NCBI GenBank assembly: GCA_965223155.1
Contig: CBDCVR010000015.1
Location: 800,001 to 864,000 of the forward strand
Source: Candidatus Multivoradales bacterium
GTDB taxonomy: Bacteria; Acidobacteriota; Thermoanaerobaculia; Multivoradales; JAHEKO01
Direction: 5' to 3'
Length of the DNA stretch: 64,000 bases
Made by a program: the position numbers and the translations under genes. Of this stretch, positions 41,208 to 51,981 are shown piece by piece. Position 1 is the first letter of the stretch. Each line of letters opens with the position of its first letter. Below the pieces are notes generated by a model that worked only from the letters and a program-made list of their open reading frames with translations, was not told where the DNA came from and did not search any database.

Positions 41208-43201
41208 CCCTGAGCCTGACGGCGGCGGCGGTTGATGACGGCAAGCACCGCGAACCCGGCAAGCCCCAAGTAGTTCCACCAGGCGATTCCCGCGCTCGAA
41301 TCCATCGCTTGCCGGGCCAGGCCCGGAGCCAGGATCAAGAGCGCGGCCGCCAATGAGACCGCTCGCGTGGCCGGGGTGAGCCGCGTCCAGAGCTGGCCGG
41401 TGATCGCCGCTGCCAGAGGCACGACACCGGCAAGGGCGATGGCCAGCGCCACAGCCACGGCCGGCCACGGCGCCCGGCTGCCATCGGGCTCGAGCATCAA
41501 GAGTGCCGGCCGGAAGACAAACAGGAACGGCAAGCCGAAACCCACGAGAGCAAAGCGAAACGCGGCCCAGCTCGACTTGAGGAAGGACGCGTTCGCGATG
41601 GAGCTCGCCGCGTAGGCGGCAAGGGCGACGGGTGGCGTCACCATCGACATCATTCCGAAGTAGAAGATGAAGAGGTGAGCGGCGAGCGGCACCACGCCCA
41701 GCTTCGCCAGAACCGGCCCGATCAGGGTCGCCATCAAGAGATAACAGACGGCCGACGGCAAGCCCATTCCGAGGACAATCGACGAGACCATGATGGCCAG
41801 AAGAGCCAAGATCAGGTGGTCCTGGGCGAGCGGCAGAATCAGGGCCGGCAGCCGGGTGCCGATACCGGTAAGGGTGACGATCCCAATCACGATGCCGACG
41901 CAGGCCGCGGCCGCCACCAGCGCGGTGCTGGCCTCGGCGGCCCGCTCGAGGGCGGCGAGCAAGCGGCCGACGCCGAGCCGGGTTCTGCGGTTCCAGGCGC
42001 TCAGGAACACCACCACCAGGAGCGCCAGGGTGACAGCGCGAAACACCGAGAATCCGGCGAGAAGAAAGACGATGAGCCCGCCCAGCCCGCCCAGGAACAC
42101 GAGCCCTTCGAACCGGGCCCAGGAAAACGGCTCGGCCTCGCCGCTGCCGGGCGCTGCGGCACCGGTCGGAGCCGGCTCGGCCGTGGCCGCAGCCCCGACG
42201 CCGTCCGCCCCGATCCCGGCGGGCGTGGCCCCGGCTTCTCGGCCTTGGAACTTCCGCGCCGACAGATGCACGATGACGAAGAGCGACGCGTAGTAGACGA
42301 GCGCGGGCAAGAAGGCGGCTCGGATGATCTCCAGATACGTCACCGCGGGGGTGACGATTTCGAGCATCATGTACGCGCCCGCACCCATCACCGGCGGCAC
42401 CAGGGCGCCGCCCGAGCTGGCGGCGGCCTCGACGCCCGCGGCCTCATGCCGTGGAAAGCCCGAGCTCCGCATCATCGGGATCGTGAACGTACCCGTGGTC
42501 GCGGTATTGGCCACCGCGCTTCCCGAAAGCGAGCCCATGAGTCCGCTGGAGAACACCGCCACCTTGGCCGCGCCGCCGGTCGAGCGGGCAAACACCCTGC
42601 GGGCGAGGTTGACGATGAAGCCGGTGGCCCCCGTGGCTTCGAGAATCGCGCCAAAGACGACAAACAGGAAGACGTAGGTGAACATCACCCGCAGGGCGAT
42701 GCCGAACACTCCCTGGCTGTGTAGAAAGGCCTGGCCGACAATGCGCTCGAGCGAGTAGCCCCGGTGAGGCATGAGCCAGTCCGGAAGCATCGGGCCGAGC
42801 TTGGCGTAGAGCAGGAACGCCCCGGCCAGAGCCGGAAGAACCCACCCCACGACCCGCTGGGTCGCCAGCAAGACCAGTACGATGCCGACGGTACCGATAG
42901 CGATGTCCCAGCCGGTCTCCACGCCCGCGCGCTCACCCAGCGCGGTGCTATCGAGCCACAGGCCGCGGAACCAAGGCTCGGTCTGAACCACCACGAAACC
43001 ACAGACCGCGAGCGCGAGACCCGCCGCCGCGAGATCCACCACGCGCCCCTTGGCCAGGAAGCACAGGGCCAGTCCCAGCCCGGCGAAGATCGCCAATTGG
43101 GACTGCGGCTGAAGCTGCGGATAGTTGATCTCGGCGAGCGCGAAGATCGGCAGGGCCACCGCGATGCCGCGCGCTAGAACGCGCGCGCCGGCGTTAGCCA
43201 T
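41204..43201 (-). CDS. TRAP transporter fused 4TM/12TM permease
   Basis: GSLSGSAVAN, EAAASSGG, PPVMGAGA, LGMGLP, TPPVALAA. Confidence 0.93.
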   Translation of the reverse strand: MANAGARVLARGIAVALPIFALAEINYPQLQPQSQLAIFAGLGLALCFLAKGRVVDLAAAGLALAVCGFVVVQTEPWFRGLWLDSTALGERAGVETGWDIAIGTVGIVLVLLATQRVVGWVLPALAGAFLLYAKLGPMLPDWLMPHRGYSLERIVGQAFLHSQGVFGIALRVMFTYVFLFVVFGAILEATGATGFIVNLARRVFARSTGGAAKVAVFSSGLMGSLSGSAVANTATTGTFTIPMMRSSGFPRHEAAGVEAAASSGGALVPPVMGAGAYMMLEIVTPAVTYLEIIRAAFLPALVYYASLFVIVHLSARKFQGREAGATPAGIGADGVGAAATAEPAPTGAAAPGSGEAEPFSWARFEGLVFLGGLGGLIVFLLAGFSVFRAVTLALLVVVFLSAWNRRTRLGVGRLLAALERAAEASTALVAAAACVGIVIGIVTLTGIGTRLPALILPLAQDHLILALLAIMVSSIVLGMGLPSAVCYLLMATLIGPVLAKLGVVPLAAHLFIFYFGMMSMVTPPVALAAYAASSIANASFLKSSWAAFRFALVGFGLPFLFVFRPALLMLEPDGSRAPWPAVAVALAIALAGVVPLAAAITGQLWTRLTPATRAVSLAAALLILAPGLARQAMDSSAGIAWWNYLGLAGFAVLAVINRRRRQAQG

Positions 43202-43204
43202 CGA

Positions 43205-44266
43205 TCAGGAGCCGGGACCGGCTTCGGTGGCGGCTTCGGGCGAAGCCTCCGCGCGGTCCGCCGGCCAGATGTCGAGCTCGCGAAAGAAGCGGATGGCGCC
43301 CGGGTGAAACGGCGTTCCGGTGTCCCGGACGGCCACGTTCGGGTTGATGGCGCGTCCCGCCGGGTGTTTCTCGACGACCTCGGCGCGATGCTCCCAGATG
43401 GTCTTGGTCACGTCGTAGACCACCTCCTCGTCGGCGGCCGCCGACGTCACGAGGTGCATCGAGCCCACGTTCAGCCCGGCGAAGTCCTCGTCCAGGCCCC
43501 GGTAGGTTCCCGCCGGAATCGTCGCGCGGTCGAAGAACGGATACTCGCGCAGCAGCGCCTCGATCGCTTCGGGGTCGAACGGCACGTAGATGAGGTCCTG
43601 GGTGGTCGCCGCCTGGGTAATCGAGGCCGTCGGGACCGCGCCTCCCAGAAACGCCGCCGCCGCCGAGCCATCGGCCAGCAGATCCACCGCGCCGGTCTGC
43701 GTGGCGTGGAGAGCGGTCAGGTCCTCGTAACTCAAGCCGTGGGCCTGGAGGATCGGGCCTAGGAAGTGATCGAAGCCCGCACCCGCCGGCCCCAAGACCA
43801 CCCGCCTACCGGCAAGATCGGCGATCCCGGCCACGGGTCCATCCTCGGGAGCGATGAACAGGGCGACGTTGGGTGCCAGGGTCATCACGGTCCGGATGGG
43901 CAGCTCACTCTGCCAGGCCCCCTGCCCGCGCACCGCGAAATAGGAAATCGCCGAGTTCGCCATGGCGAAGTCGAGCTCACCCCGAGCCAACCGCCGTAGG
44001 TTCTCCTGCGTCCCCTTGGTGGCCTCGGCGGTAACTTGCCAACCGCGATCGCCCGGATGGGCGTCGAGGACCTCGGCCAAGGCCCCGCCGACGACAAAGA
44101 ACGCCCCGCCCGGCGGAGCAGTCCCCACGCTCAAGAATCGGGGTGCCGCAGCCGAGCTTTCGGAAGTGGGACCGGACTCGCCGGCACCTCCGCACGCCAT
44201 CCCAAGAAGGCCGGCGGCCGCCGCCAGCGCGGGAGCGATCTTGAACGTTCTTCCGGTTCTCGACAT
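43205..44266 (-). CDS. TAXI family TRAP solute-binding lipoprotein
   Basis: Lipobox GMAC; GTAPPGGAFF, TKGTQEN, PFHPGAIRFFRE. Confidence 0.92.
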   Translation of the reverse strand: MSRTGRTFKIAPALAAAAGLLGMACGGAGESGPTSESSAAAPRFLSVGTAPPGGAFFVVGGALAEVLDAHPGDRGWQVTAEATKGTQENLRRLARGELDFAMANSAISYFAVRGQGAWQSELPIRTVMTLAPNVALFIAPEDGPVAGIADLAGRRVVLGPAGAGFDHFLGPILQAHGLSYEDLTALHATQTGAVDLLADGSAAAAFLGGAVPTASITQAATTQDLIYVPFDPEAIEALLREYPFFDRATIPAGTYRGLDEDFAGLNVGSMHLVTSAAADEEVVYDVTKTIWEHRAEVVEKHPAGRAINPNVAVRDTGTPFHPGAIRFFRELDIWPADRAEASPEAATEAGPGS

Positions 44267-44388
44267 CGGGAAAGTCTAGCAGCCCGAAGGAGGGGTCCAG
44301 AGGGGCAGGCCAAGACCGAAACCGGAAGGCCCAGCTCGCTCGGCGCGACAGCGATCCGCGGCCAAGCCGAGCCGGCCGCCGGCCGAGA

Positions 44389-46200
44389 TCAGCGCACCGG
44401 CAGCCGGTAGAGAGCCGCTTCCTGGTCGGTTCGAAGAAGCAGGTGACGCCCTGCCAGAGCCGGCGGATTCCAGGACTTGCCCGAAAAGGCTCGGAACCGC
44501 CCTAGCTCGCGGTACTCCTCGGGATCGGGATCGAGCAGCAGCACCTCGCCGCGCTCGGTCGTCACGAGCAGGAGCTCCCCGACCAGAATCATCTGGCCGT
44601 GTCCGAACCGCCCCTTCTTCCAGCAGCGTTCGCCGTCGCGCGGATCGAGACAGACCAGAACACCGTCGTCGAGGCCATAGACGTAGCCCTCGTGGACCAC
44701 CACGTTGGTGAACTTTGCCTTGAGCCTGGAGCTCGCCCAGAGCTCCTCGAGCTCGAATCCTCCAGCGCCCGACTCCACCCGGAAGAGCTTCGAGCCGATG
44801 CCGTACCCGGTCGATACCAGCATCCGGTCGCCGCCCAGGAAGACCGGCACCGCCACGTTCGGAAACTCGCCGGTCCAGGACTCGGACCAAAGGACCTCGC
44901 CGGTCGCGACCTCGTGGCCGGTGATCGAGGTCTGATTCCGGATCACGACCTGCCGGCGGCCGCCGAGGGTGGCGAGAACCGGCGATGAATAGCTCGAGGT
45001 GTCGTCGCCCGCGGCCCAAACCGGTCCGCCAGTCTCGGCGTCGTAGGCCACCAGCGAGCGGCCGTCCCGGCCACCGGCGCTGACCACCACCAATCCATCC
45101 ACGACGAGCGGAGAACCGCTCTTGCCCCACTCCCGGTTGCCGGCTCCGTTCTCGGCCAGAACGTCCCGCGACCAGAGCTTCCGGCCGGTCTCGAGATCAA
45201 GCGCGTTGAGCAGACCCGTGGCTCCCAGGGTGTAGACCCGCCCACCAGCGAGGGTCGGCGTGGCCCGCGGTCCGATACCGCCGATGGTCGTCTCGTAGCG
45301 CGTCGTATCGGAATGGCGCCAGAGCACTTCGCCGGTGGCGAGCGCGTAGGCCGTGACCTGCTCTTCGACGCCCTGCTGCTCTTGCGTTACCGCGCGGTCG
45401 CCGGCAATGGCGAAGGCCGACCAGGCCGCGCCCACGGGTCGCCGCCAGATTTCCTCCGGCGGATGGCTCGCCCAATCGGGATCGAGCGCCGGACCCGGCA
45501 GCCGCGCGTCCCGGGTCGGTCCCAGAAACTGCGGGTAGTCGGGCGCGGCAGGCGTCAGGGGCACCGGCGCGTTGACCGCGGTCGCGGCGACCACGAGCTC
45601 GTCGCCTGCCGGAGCGATTGCCTCGGACCCTTGTGAGGCCTCGGACGCCGCACCCGAAGCCGGGTCAGGCCCAGACTCGACCTCGGTCCCGGACAGCTCG
45701 ACCTCGACCGACGCGCCGGCGGCGGCGTCGTCATCAGGACCAGGGCTCAACGGCCCCACTTCGGCCGTTCCTGCCTCTGCCGCAGCTTCCATGGAGACTC
45801 CGACATCGGGCGCGGACTCGCCTGGCGACTCTTCCGGCTCCGGGGGCTCCTCCTCCCCACCGGCCTTCCAGCCCAGAATCGGCACCAAGTCTCCGGTGAC
45901 TCCCTGGATCTCGACGAAGTTCGCGGCCAACCCTCCGGCCGCCACGGCGAGTGCCAGCGCTCCCAGCCGCCAGCGCCATGGCGCCTTCGAGGCCAGCAAG
46001 AACCAGAGCAGCAGCAGAGCTGCCGCGGCCACCGTCGCCAGCAGGCCGTGGAGAACGCTGTGCTGGCGGCTATGGTCCGCGATCCACCAGGTCCAGACAA
46101 GGACGACTGCCCAGAGAACCAGGATCAATCCGGCCGGCCAGAGCCTGAGTCTCCGAGAATCCCGGCCGTTCTGAGTCCCGCGGTGGCTTCGGCTCTCCAT
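44389..46200 (-). CDS. Membrane-anchored PQQ-type beta-propeller protein
   Basis: Three N-terminal TM helices, acidic linker, YPQFLGP, GPRATP, TG-x2-W repeats, SWNPPAL. Confidence 0.88.
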   Translation of the reverse strand: MESRSHRGTQNGRDSRRLRLWPAGLILVLWAVVLVWTWWIADHSRQHSVLHGLLATVAAAALLLLWFLLASKAPWRWRLGALALAVAAGGLAANFVEIQGVTGDLVPILGWKAGGEEEPPEPEESPGESAPDVGVSMEAAAEAGTAEVGPLSPGPDDDAAAGASVEVELSGTEVESGPDPASGAASEASQGSEAIAPAGDELVVAATAVNAPVPLTPAAPDYPQFLGPTRDARLPGPALDPDWASHPPEEIWRRPVGAAWSAFAIAGDRAVTQEQQGVEEQVTAYALATGEVLWRHSDTTRYETTIGGIGPRATPTLAGGRVYTLGATGLLNALDLETGRKLWSRDVLAENGAGNREWGKSGSPLVVDGLVVVSAGGRDGRSLVAYDAETGGPVWAAGDDTSSYSSPVLATLGGRRQVVIRNQTSITGHEVATGEVLWSESWTGEFPNVAVPVFLGGDRMLVSTGYGIGSKLFRVESGAGGFELEELWASSRLKAKFTNVVVHEGYVYGLDDGVLVCLDPRDGERCWKKGRFGHGQMILVGELLLVTTERGEVLLLDPDPEEYRELGRFRAFSGKSWNPPALAGRHLLLRTDQEAALYRLPVR

Positions 46201-46226
46201 GGCAACAATGTTAGCCTGCCGGTCCG

Positions 46227-48113
46227 TTGACTCCACCCGACGCCAAGAAGAAGGTCACCCTGGCCGCGGTCCGCCGGGAGGCCAAGCGCGTCATCTGGCA
46301 GTTCCGGGGGCGTCTGGCCATCGGTCTGGTGCTGCTCCTCATCGGACGGCTGGCGGGCATGATCCTGCCGGCGTCTTCGAAGTTCCTGATCGATGAGGTG
46401 ATCGGCAAGGGCCGGCACGATCTTCTCGTCTGGATCGCCGTCGCCGCCGGTGCCGGAGCTCTCATCCAGGCGATCTCGTCGTTCTCGCTGGCAGTGCTTC
46501 TGGGCGCCGCGGCCCAGCGCGCCATCAACGGCCTGCGCCTCCGGGTCCAGAGCCATATCGGCCGGCTGCCGATCTCGTTCTTCGAGGAGCACAAGAGCGG
46601 TGAGCTCATCTCGCGCATCATGTCCGACCCAGAGGGCGTCCGGAATCTCGTGGGCACGGGATTCGTGCAGCTGATCGGCGGGGCGCTGTCGGCGACGGTG
46701 GCGTTCTCCGTCCTGCTGTGGCTGAACTGGCGGCTGACGCTCATCACGCTCCTCTTCCTGGCGGTCTTCGGAGTCGTCATGGTCGTGGGTTTCAGCCGCA
46801 TTCGCCCGATTTTCCGGGAACGCGGCAAGCTCAACGCCGAGATCACCGGTCGGCTCGCCGAGTCGCTCAACGGCGCCCGCATCGTCAAGGCCTACACCGC
46901 CGAGGATCGCGAGGACGCGCTCTTTGCCAAAAACACCGAGCGCTTCGTCGATCTGGTGGTCAAGTCAGTGGTCGGTGTTTCGACCGTTTCGACCCTGGGC
47001 ACCTTGATCTTCGGCCTGGTGGCACTCACGGTCGGTCTTCTCGGCACCCGGCAAGTCCTCGCCGGAACCATGTCGGTTGGCGACCTCTTCATGTTCGTCG
47101 TTTTCACCGGTCTGATGGTGACGCCGCTCATCCAGATGAGCGCCATCGGCACGCAACTGACCGAAGCTTTCGCCGGCCTCGACCGCATCTACGAGATCCT
47201 GGAGCGTGAGACCGAGCTCGACGACGACCCCACCCGCCGGGCGCTTGCATCCTTGGATGGGCATGTTCGGTTCCAGAACGTCTGGTTCGAGTACCAGCGA
47301 GACGTCCCGGTCTTGCGCGACGTTTCCTTCGAAGCCCCAGCGGGCACGACGACCGCGATCGTGGGATCGAGCGGCGCCGGCAAGAGCACGCTCATCGGCC
47401 TCATCCTGACCTTCAGAACGCCCACCCAAGGATCCATTCACGTGGACGGGCAGGATCTCGCGACCGTCAAGCTCCGCGACTATCGCCGTCACCTCGCGGT
47501 CGTCCTGCAGGACGATTTCCTATTCGACGGCACCATCGCCGAGAACATCGCCTATAGCCGGCCCGAAGCGAGCCGCGACGAGATCGTCGAGGCCGCGCGC
47601 CTGGCCAACTGCGATCAGTTCGTGCGCGAGTTTCCGGACGGCTACGACACGGTGGTCGGGGAGCGCGGGGTCAAGCTCTCGGGCGGCCAGAAGCAAAGGG
47701 TCTCGATCGCGCGGGCAATGCTCGCGGACCCGCGAATCCTGGTGCTCGATGAAGCCACCTCATCGCTCGACAGCGAGAGCGAGCAGTTGATCCAGGAGGG
47801 TCTCCAGAAGCTGCGCTCGGGGCGAACCACCTTCGTCATCGCGCACAGGCTCTCCACCATTCGGAACGCCGACAACATTCTCGTTCTCGAAGAGGGCAGG
47901 ATCGTCGAAAGCGGCGTCCACGCCGAGTTGCTCGAGCGTGACGGCCGCTATCGCGAGCTCCACGACAAGCAATACCGACTCGAGGCCGACCTCTTCCTGA
48001 ACCCCGGCGAGAGCCCTCGGGACGAAGCCGACGATCGAGAGGACGCCGGCGGCGTCCGGCCCGCCGCCATCGGTCCCCGGATGCCGGGAGGCTTTGGCGG
48101 GCGGGGCGGCTGA
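46227..48113 (+). CDS. ABC exporter, fused permease/ATPase (MsbA-like)
   Basis: TM domain followed by GSSGAGKST, LSGGQKQR, LDEATSSLD, IAHRLST. Confidence 0.93.
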   Translation: MTPPDAKKKVTLAAVRREAKRVIWQFRGRLAIGLVLLLIGRLAGMILPASSKFLIDEVIGKGRHDLLVWIAVAAGAGALIQAISSFSLAVLLGAAAQRAINGLRLRVQSHIGRLPISFFEEHKSGELISRIMSDPEGVRNLVGTGFVQLIGGALSATVAFSVLLWLNWRLTLITLLFLAVFGVVMVVGFSRIRPIFRERGKLNAEITGRLAESLNGARIVKAYTAEDREDALFAKNTERFVDLVVKSVVGVSTVSTLGTLIFGLVALTVGLLGTRQVLAGTMSVGDLFMFVVFTGLMVTPLIQMSAIGTQLTEAFAGLDRIYEILERETELDDDPTRRALASLDGHVRFQNVWFEYQRDVPVLRDVSFEAPAGTTTAIVGSSGAGKSTLIGLILTFRTPTQGSIHVDGQDLATVKLRDYRRHLAVVLQDDFLFDGTIAENIAYSRPEASRDEIVEAARLANCDQFVREFPDGYDTVVGERGVKLSGGQKQRVSIARAMLADPRILVLDEATSSLDSESEQLIQEGLQKLRSGRTTFVIAHRLSTIRNADNILVLEEGRIVESGVHAELLERDGRYRELHDKQYRLEADLFLNPGESPRDEADDREDAGGVRPAAIGPRMPGGFGGRGG

Positions 48114-48118
48114 CGGTC

Positions 48119-49072
48119 TTGAACTACTTCCTCGTCGCTCTCGGCATCACGCTTCTGTACTTGGGCGGCGAGGCTCTGGTGCGCGGCTCGGTTAGCCTGG
48201 CCCGAGCCATGGGGCTGAGCCCGCTCGTCATCGGCCTGACCGTAGTCTCCTTCGGGACTTCGAGCCCGGAGCTGGCTTCGACCCTGGCGGCGACCCTCGA
48301 GGAAGCGCCGGCGGTCGCGTTCGGCAACGTCGTGGGCTCGAACATCGCGAACATCGGGCTCATCCTGGGACTGACCGCACTGGTGTGGCCACTCAGGACC
48401 CAGGCCCGGTTCCTGCGCCGGGAGGTTCCGTTCATGCTGGCGGCGTCGGGGCTGCTCTTCCCGCTGGCCGCCGACGGTCGGATTGGTCGCCTGGAGGGCA
48501 TGGCACTCTTCGGTCTCTTGATCTGGTTTCTGGTGCATCTGCTCCGGGCCAAGAAGGATCCGGATCCGGAGGTCCGAGAGGAGTTCGAAACCGAGTTCGG
48601 CACCTCCGCTCGCCAGCGCCGGCGCGTCCCGAAAGCCATCGGCCTGGTGGTTTTAGGCCTGGTACTGCTGGTCGTCGGCGCCGAGTCCCTATTGCGGGGC
48701 GGGCTAGCCATCGCTCGCGAGGTCGGTATCAGCGAGCGCGTCTTGGGCCTGACGCTGGTTGCCCTCGGTACCAGCCTTCCAGAGCTGGCGGCGTCGATCG
48801 TGGCGGCTCTGAAGCGCGAGGGTGACATCGTCCTCGGCAACATCGTCGGCTCGAACGTCTTTAACGTCCTATGCATCCTCGGACTCACGTCGATCGTCCG
48901 CCCGGTGCATCTGGATTGGGGATCGAGCTGGCCCGACCTCGTCGTGATGCTGGGGCTCTCAGCGATCGTCTGGCCGTTTCTGGCCACCAGGCTCAAACTC
49001 GAGCGCTGGGAAGGGGTCCTGCTCTTGGGCGGATACGTCCTCTACACCGCGTTTCTCTTCACCGCGTCGTAG
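48119..49072 (+). CDS. Calcium/sodium antiporter (YrbG family)
   Basis: Two alpha repeats: GTSSPE...GSNIAN and GTSLPE...GSNVFN. Confidence 0.93.
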   Translation: MNYFLVALGITLLYLGGEALVRGSVSLARAMGLSPLVIGLTVVSFGTSSPELASTLAATLEEAPAVAFGNVVGSNIANIGLILGLTALVWPLRTQARFLRREVPFMLAASGLLFPLAADGRIGRLEGMALFGLLIWFLVHLLRAKKDPDPEVREEFETEFGTSARQRRRVPKAIGLVVLGLVLLVVGAESLLRGGLAIAREVGISERVLGLTLVALGTSLPELAASIVAALKREGDIVLGNIVGSNVFNVLCILGLTSIVRPVHLDWGSSWPDLVVMLGLSAIVWPFLATRLKLERWEGVLLLGGYVLYTAFLFTAS

Positions 49073-49253
49073 GCTGCGGACCGGTCTGAAGCGAGTGGGA
49101 ACGAGCCGAGCTGGAATAAACCGAGTCGAGCGACCAATCAAGCCCCAACGGACCCTCTTCCCTACTGGGTCTAGCATCTCGGCAGCAACCCAGTCCGGAT
49201 TCTTGCTCGCTCGATCCAGCGGCGGAGGAAACGCCAGTCGACCGAACAGAGGC

Positions 49254-51890
49254 CTACCCGGCCACCGGAGCGGCCGGTTCGGCATCGGCGGCCGGAGATG
49301 GGGCGGCACCAGGGCCGGGGTCCAGGGGAACGCTTACGACAAACGCAGCGCCCCCGAGTTCGGAGCGTCCCTCGACGGTGACTTCGCCGCCATGGGCCTT
49401 GACCAGATTGCGAACCGTGGCCAACCCCAAACCGGTACCCTTCTTCTTGCCCGTCGAAAACGGATCAAAAAGTGACCCGAGCCGTTCTTCCTCGATGCCC
49501 GCGCCGTTGTCGGCGACTCGAACCCGCAAGAAGGTCTCATCGCTACCCAACTCGACGACGATCAGACGCTCCTGCTTGCCGGACACGGCATCCTGAGCGT
49601 TCGAGACGAGGTTCTCGAGAACCCGAGTGAAACGGTCGGGGTCGAGCTCGACCTCCACAGCGGACTCCAGACGATCCTCGACGACCAACTCCACGCCGTG
49701 ACGCGCCACATTCGTCCGCAACGGCGCCAGGACACCGACGAGATAGGTCGAAGCCGGCAGCACGGCCTTCTTGAGCTCGGTGCCTGCTCCGCGGGCGAAC
49801 TCCAGGATCTCGGTCGCCATCGTCTCCAACCTGGTGGCAGCGGCTCGAACCTGATCGATGTCTTCGACCAAGTCTTCCTTCGGCCCACCGCCCACGGCGA
49901 CCGCACGCGCCAGGTCGGAATAGCCTTTGATGAGCATCAGGGCGTTGCGAAGATCATGCACCACCGTGCTCGTCAAGCTGCCGATGGCGGCGAGTCTCGT
50001 CTCACGCTCTCCCAACCGCCGCTCCGTCCGACGTGCCCGGATCTGCGCGCCGATGCGCGCTTCCAGCTCCTCCATCGAGAACGGCTTCGTGACGTAGTCA
50101 TCGGCCCCGGTGTCGAGACCTTCGACCGCGGCCTCGGAGCCGGCCTTCGCGGTTACCAGGATAATCGGCGTTCCCTTGAGCATGGGCTCGGTGCGAAGCC
50201 TCCGGCACAGCTCGTATCCGTTCATCTTGGGCATCATGATGTCGGAGAGGACAAGATCGGGCCGAATCGCCAAGGCCTTCTTGAGACCTTCGACCCCGTC
50301 GATAGCGGTCTCGACCTTGTAGTGCCGCGACAGTTGTCCGACCAGGTACGAGCGTAGATCCGAGTTGTCCTCGACGACCAGCACCGTGGCATCCCGGTCG
50401 AGTCGTTCGGGAGGACCTGTCCCATCGCCTCCCATCCCAGCCGCGTCGCCGCCGCGCACGTCGGCCAGCAACGTGTCCCGCTGAGAGCGACGACCAAACT
50501 CTCGATTGGCAAGAACCTCTGCCCGCGCTCGGAGGACCTTGTCTTCTCGTCTTCGCGGAGCCTGCCGGCGCTCTTCCGGCGTCAGAGCCTCCCTCGGCAG
50601 GGTCACGCGAAATGTCGACCCTTGACCCGCGACGCTCTCGACCTCGACGTCTCCGCCCTGCAATCGCGCCAACTCGCGAGCCAGGGCCAGACCGAGCCCG
50701 GTGCCTTCCTCGCTTCGCGTGAGGCTGCTGTCGACTTGGTGAAACCGATCGAAGATGGCTTCTTCCTGTCCGGGGGGAATGCCCGGTCCCGAGTCCGAGA
50801 CCTCGAACACCATGGCGCTGTCGTCGGCCCGCGCCCTCACCACGATGCGTCCGCCGTCCGGGGTGAACTTCAAGGCGTTGGAAAGAAGATTGGCGGCGAT
50901 CATCTCGACCTTGGCGCTGTCGAAGGCAAAGACCGGCAGATCGTTCAGTCCTTCGGTGGTGAGCTCGATTCCCTTGCGTCCGGCGTGCGGCAGGCTGGCC
51001 TGAACCAACTCGGTGAGGAGGGCGGCAAGATCGCCCGGCCGAACGTCGAGCTGCATCTGACCCGCCTCGAGCTTGGCGGTGTCCAGCAGGAGATTGACGT
51101 GCCTCAGGAGACGGCGGCTGTTCGCCAGCGCGGCCCGCAGGAGAGTTCTCTTCTCCGGATTCCGCTCGTCCCGAAGCATGGTCTCGACCGGACTGACCAT
51201 CAGCGTCAGCGGCGTACGCAGCTCGTGGCTGACGTTCGCGAAGAAGCGGGTCTTTGCCTCATCGAGCTTCTTGAGCTCGTCGTTGGCCTGCTCTAACCGC
51301 AAACGAAGGGACAGATCGCGGCGACGGCTTCGATCTCCGGCTTCGACCGCGAGACAGGTAAAGACACAGGTGCTCACCACATAGAAGAACGCTGGAACGG
51401 CCGCGGCATTGAGACCTGCAAGGTATGCGTTGGCGAGTAAGTAGGTGACCGCAACAGCGAAGCAAAACAGCACCGCCGTCGGCAGCCTCCAGGGCATGAA
51501 CAGGCCGACAAAGAAGAGAACCAGTAAGATCCCGAAGTAATAGTGGCTCTCGAAACCACCGACCCTCGGAGTCATAATTGCGATGCCCGAGGCTGCCACG
51601 TAGAGCATCAGGACTGAAATTGGCCCCAGAAAGGGCTGAGCCTTCTCGGCATACGAGAGGCCGATCGTTATCGCTGCGAGCAAGACGACAACCAGGCGAA
51701 CAGCGATCAAGAAACCAAGTTCGGAACTCGAGCTGTAGTAGTCCAGGATGCTGAATCCTGCATACAGCACGATCCCCACGCCCAGGCCCCGACGGAGCCA
51801 TTGGACCAACAGCTCATGCACTTCTGCGGCCAGGACGGACTCAAAGCGCGCCACATCAGAGGTCGCCCTGTCGGGCTTTTCGCTGAACAC
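49254..51890 (-). CDS. Membrane hybrid sensor kinase: TM sensor, HisKA/HATPase, REC, second HisKA/HATPase
   Basis: About six TM helices; SHELRTPL; VEDN...SDIMMP...TKPF receiver; VHDLRNAL; second N/G1/F/G2 boxes. Confidence 0.92.
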   Translation of the reverse strand: MFSEKPDRATSDVARFESVLAAEVHELLVQWLRRGLGVGIVLYAGFSILDYYSSSSELGFLIAVRLVVVLLAAITIGLSYAEKAQPFLGPISVLMLYVAASGIAIMTPRVGGFESHYYFGILLVLFFVGLFMPWRLPTAVLFCFAVAVTYLLANAYLAGLNAAAVPAFFYVVSTCVFTCLAVEAGDRSRRRDLSLRLRLEQANDELKKLDEAKTRFFANVSHELRTPLTLMVSPVETMLRDERNPEKRTLLRAALANSRRLLRHVNLLLDTAKLEAGQMQLDVRPGDLAALLTELVQASLPHAGRKGIELTTEGLNDLPVFAFDSAKVEMIAANLLSNALKFTPDGGRIVVRARADDSAMVFEVSDSGPGIPPGQEEAIFDRFHQVDSSLTRSEEGTGLGLALARELARLQGGDVEVESVAGQGSTFRVTLPREALTPEERRQAPRRREDKVLRARAEVLANREFGRRSQRDTLLADVRGGDAAGMGGDGTGPPERLDRDATVLVVEDNSDLRSYLVGQLSRHYKVETAIDGVEGLKKALAIRPDLVLSDIMMPKMNGYELCRRLRTEPMLKGTPIILVTAKAGSEAAVEGLDTGADDYVTKPFSMEELEARIGAQIRARRTERRLGERETRLAAIGSLTSTVVHDLRNALMLIKGYSDLARAVAVGGGPKEDLVEDIDQVRAAATRLETMATEILEFARGAGTELKKAVLPASTYLVGVLAPLRTNVARHGVELVVEDRLESAVEVELDPDRFTRVLENLVSNAQDAVSGKQERLIVVELGSDETFLRVRVADNGAGIEEERLGSLFDPFSTGKKKGTGLGLATVRNLVKAHGGEVTVEGRSELGGAAFVVSVPLDPGPGAAPSPAADAEPAAPVAG

Positions 51891-51981
51891 CAGCCAAAGC
51901 CTACCTCAAGAAATATCAAGTGCCGAGCGTCTTTAGCGGTACACTAGATCAGCGATCCCGCAAAGCTTCTCTGGAGCTGGT

